Assembly: GCA_050084515.1 (NCBI GenBank)
Contig: CM114271.1
Coordinates: 45,880,001-45,944,000, forward strand
Direction of reading: 5' to 3'
From: Blasia pusilla
Taxonomy: Eukaryota
Length of the DNA: 64,000 bases
In this document: in pieces, positions 62,142-64,000 of the stretch
How positions within the stretch are numbered: position 1 is the stretch's first letter
Layout: every line of letters begins with the position of its first letter
The notes under the pieces: generated by a model
Database searches by the model: none
The model's input: the letters and a program-made list of their open reading frames with translations, nothing else
Told to the model about the DNA's origin: nothing
Program-made: the position numbers and the translations under genes

Positions 62142-64000
62142 GGAGATGCAACAAAGCACGCAGCGGAGTAATGTGAAGTGTAGTGAAGTGAATTGAAGAG
62201 CGATATCGAAATGAATGGGAAATATTCCGGAATTAAGACCATTAAACGAGGCCATGAGAGATGTGGTCCCGGGCCGTTGGAGTCAGGGAAGAGAAACGAC
62301 AGATTTGCAACGGAAAGTCGATGCGGGCAGTGCATTCAATGCGTGAGTCCGGATCCTGTGGGCGCGGAGGGGATGGGACGAAAATTTGTTTCCACCGAGT
62401 CCGGCCCAGCCAACGAACGTACTTACTCCCCCTTCCCCACCACACCGGGCGGGCGACCATATCCGGAGCCCGCATTCAAAGAAGAAGATGGGGGCATTAG
62501 TAGATTCAGTCACTGTGGGGGAGGGGAGAGCGGAACGATTGCGGGGATGACGCTGGCTTTTGACCCGGCTCGGACGATTCGTAATTTTCTTTCTTTCTAC
62601 TGTAGGAACTTGGAAGGGAGAGAAGGGCCGGTAGTGTAGTGTTGGTGCTTTGCAGTACCCTACCGGGTGGAGAATATGTAGTCAGTGCGAGATGTGGGGG
62701 CGGGCGGTAATGATTGAAGGAGGGCAAGCAAGCAGGCGCAGCATTGAAGGCGCTCGGTGCACGGGTGTTTCCTCTTGGCCTTCACGTGTGACCTCTCTCA
62801 GTGGGCTGCTCGCTAGAGCGTGCACCCCTGCCTCTTTTCCACGTGGTCTCTTACACCGTCGACATTCCTCTTCACATTCTCGCCATTTTTTTTTCTCTTC
62901 GCTCGCTGGCATTAGCTTCCCTCCTCCCTCCATCTTGCGATGATCATCACCTCCACTCTTCACGCGTAACCTCCGTCCCTCTAATTGTCCTCGTTTGGCT
63001 GCATCCGCTCGTAGGAGACACAGATAAATAAAGAAAATCGCTATTTCTCAAAAAGGAACGAAAAGCCGAATCATTTACTGTAAAAACTGCGACATTTTTA
63101 AAATTTCAGAAAATGCACTTCAAGACTTTGCCCAGGATTTTATCACGCCGTCGAGTACAAGACGCGACTACGTGACGAGAAGATTTTGGGTTGTCTAAGT
63201 GAAAATCTGAGCAGTAAACAAAACCGGAAGTTTGTTTCCCCCAGTTTCATGAAAGTGTACGCTTACTCTTCAAACTCTTCGACCGTGGCCCCGTGCATCT
63301 CTACGACGAGAAGGACGGACCGTCTTCGCTTTCAAGTACGATATCCGTGCTCGGCTAGCCCCGGATATATATATTTTTTTATTTATTTATTTATTTTATT
63401 TTATTTTATTTTCTAATGGCAAATCGCCCATCGAACTCCAGTTTTAAATTAAGGGAAACCCATAGAGTGCGAGAACTTGAGGGGAAGCCCTCAAGGTTAG
63501 CAGGAACCTCCTAAACTCCCTTCCTCCAGATATGGCTCAAGTGTTCCCGACTATCTGAGTCCCGCCTACCTTATATTTCCTTCGTTTGGGCACCCAGGTT
63601 TGCTAAGCCCCGAGAGGAGTCCTGGGAATTATGGTAATGGGTTCCCTTCGCAAGGACTGCCGCTATCTGGGACTCCGACCACAGAATTCCCGTTATGGTC
63701 GCTACTTCTCTTAACACGATCCTCTTACGCGCTATCTATATCTCCCGCCTGTCTTTCGCCATAACCCACGGCGTTCCGGCAATGTCGAAAGCCGAGGTTA
63801 CGACGGACGGACGGATGGACGGATGGATCCCGTCAATCCAGGCCCGCTCCGGCGCTCGATTTTCTCCTCGCGACAGAGAGAGTCTTCTCTGCGCCGGCAC
63901 CGAAGCGTTCAGGTGCAGCGGACCTGCTGAACCTGACGCACAGTTGGGTTCCACACGCGTCGCGCAGTTGGTCCGATAACCCCGTCGAGGACGGGGTGCG

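Noticed and set aside
63955-64000. tRNA/SINE-like start (TCGCGCAGTTGG resembles an A-box) followed by a small hairpin
   Set aside because: Truncated by the window edge; no B-box or cloverleaf can be shown.

Overview
Eukaryotic nuclear DNA from a plant, probably a non-seed land plant (inference from gene and transposon style). There are four credible protein-coding genes: an uncharacterised coiled-coil/multi-TM protein (+, 22618-26037), an intronless Dpy-30-motif protein (-, 28088-28621), an 11-exon organellar Glu-tRNA(Gln) amidotransferase subunit A (GatA; -, 36049-40674) and a 2-exon WW-domain/zinc-ribbon CFL1-like protein (-, 52799-54406). The first 20 kb is a layered transposon nest: two decayed Helitron RepHel copies, then a decayed hAT element (about 6907-18204) containing two truncated Ty3/gypsy-like LTR-gag halves fused in inverted orientation into a ~7.2 kb fold-back. 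The most notable items are that giant inverted repeat, tiny fold-back Helitron-like elements whose 5' terminus recurs inverted near the 3' end (20220-20445, 30740-30851), an intact hydrophobic ORF beside the dead Helitron, and a near-perfect intronic hairpin in GatA. No rRNA, tRNA or CRISPR was recognised. All alignments were done by eye and no searches were run.
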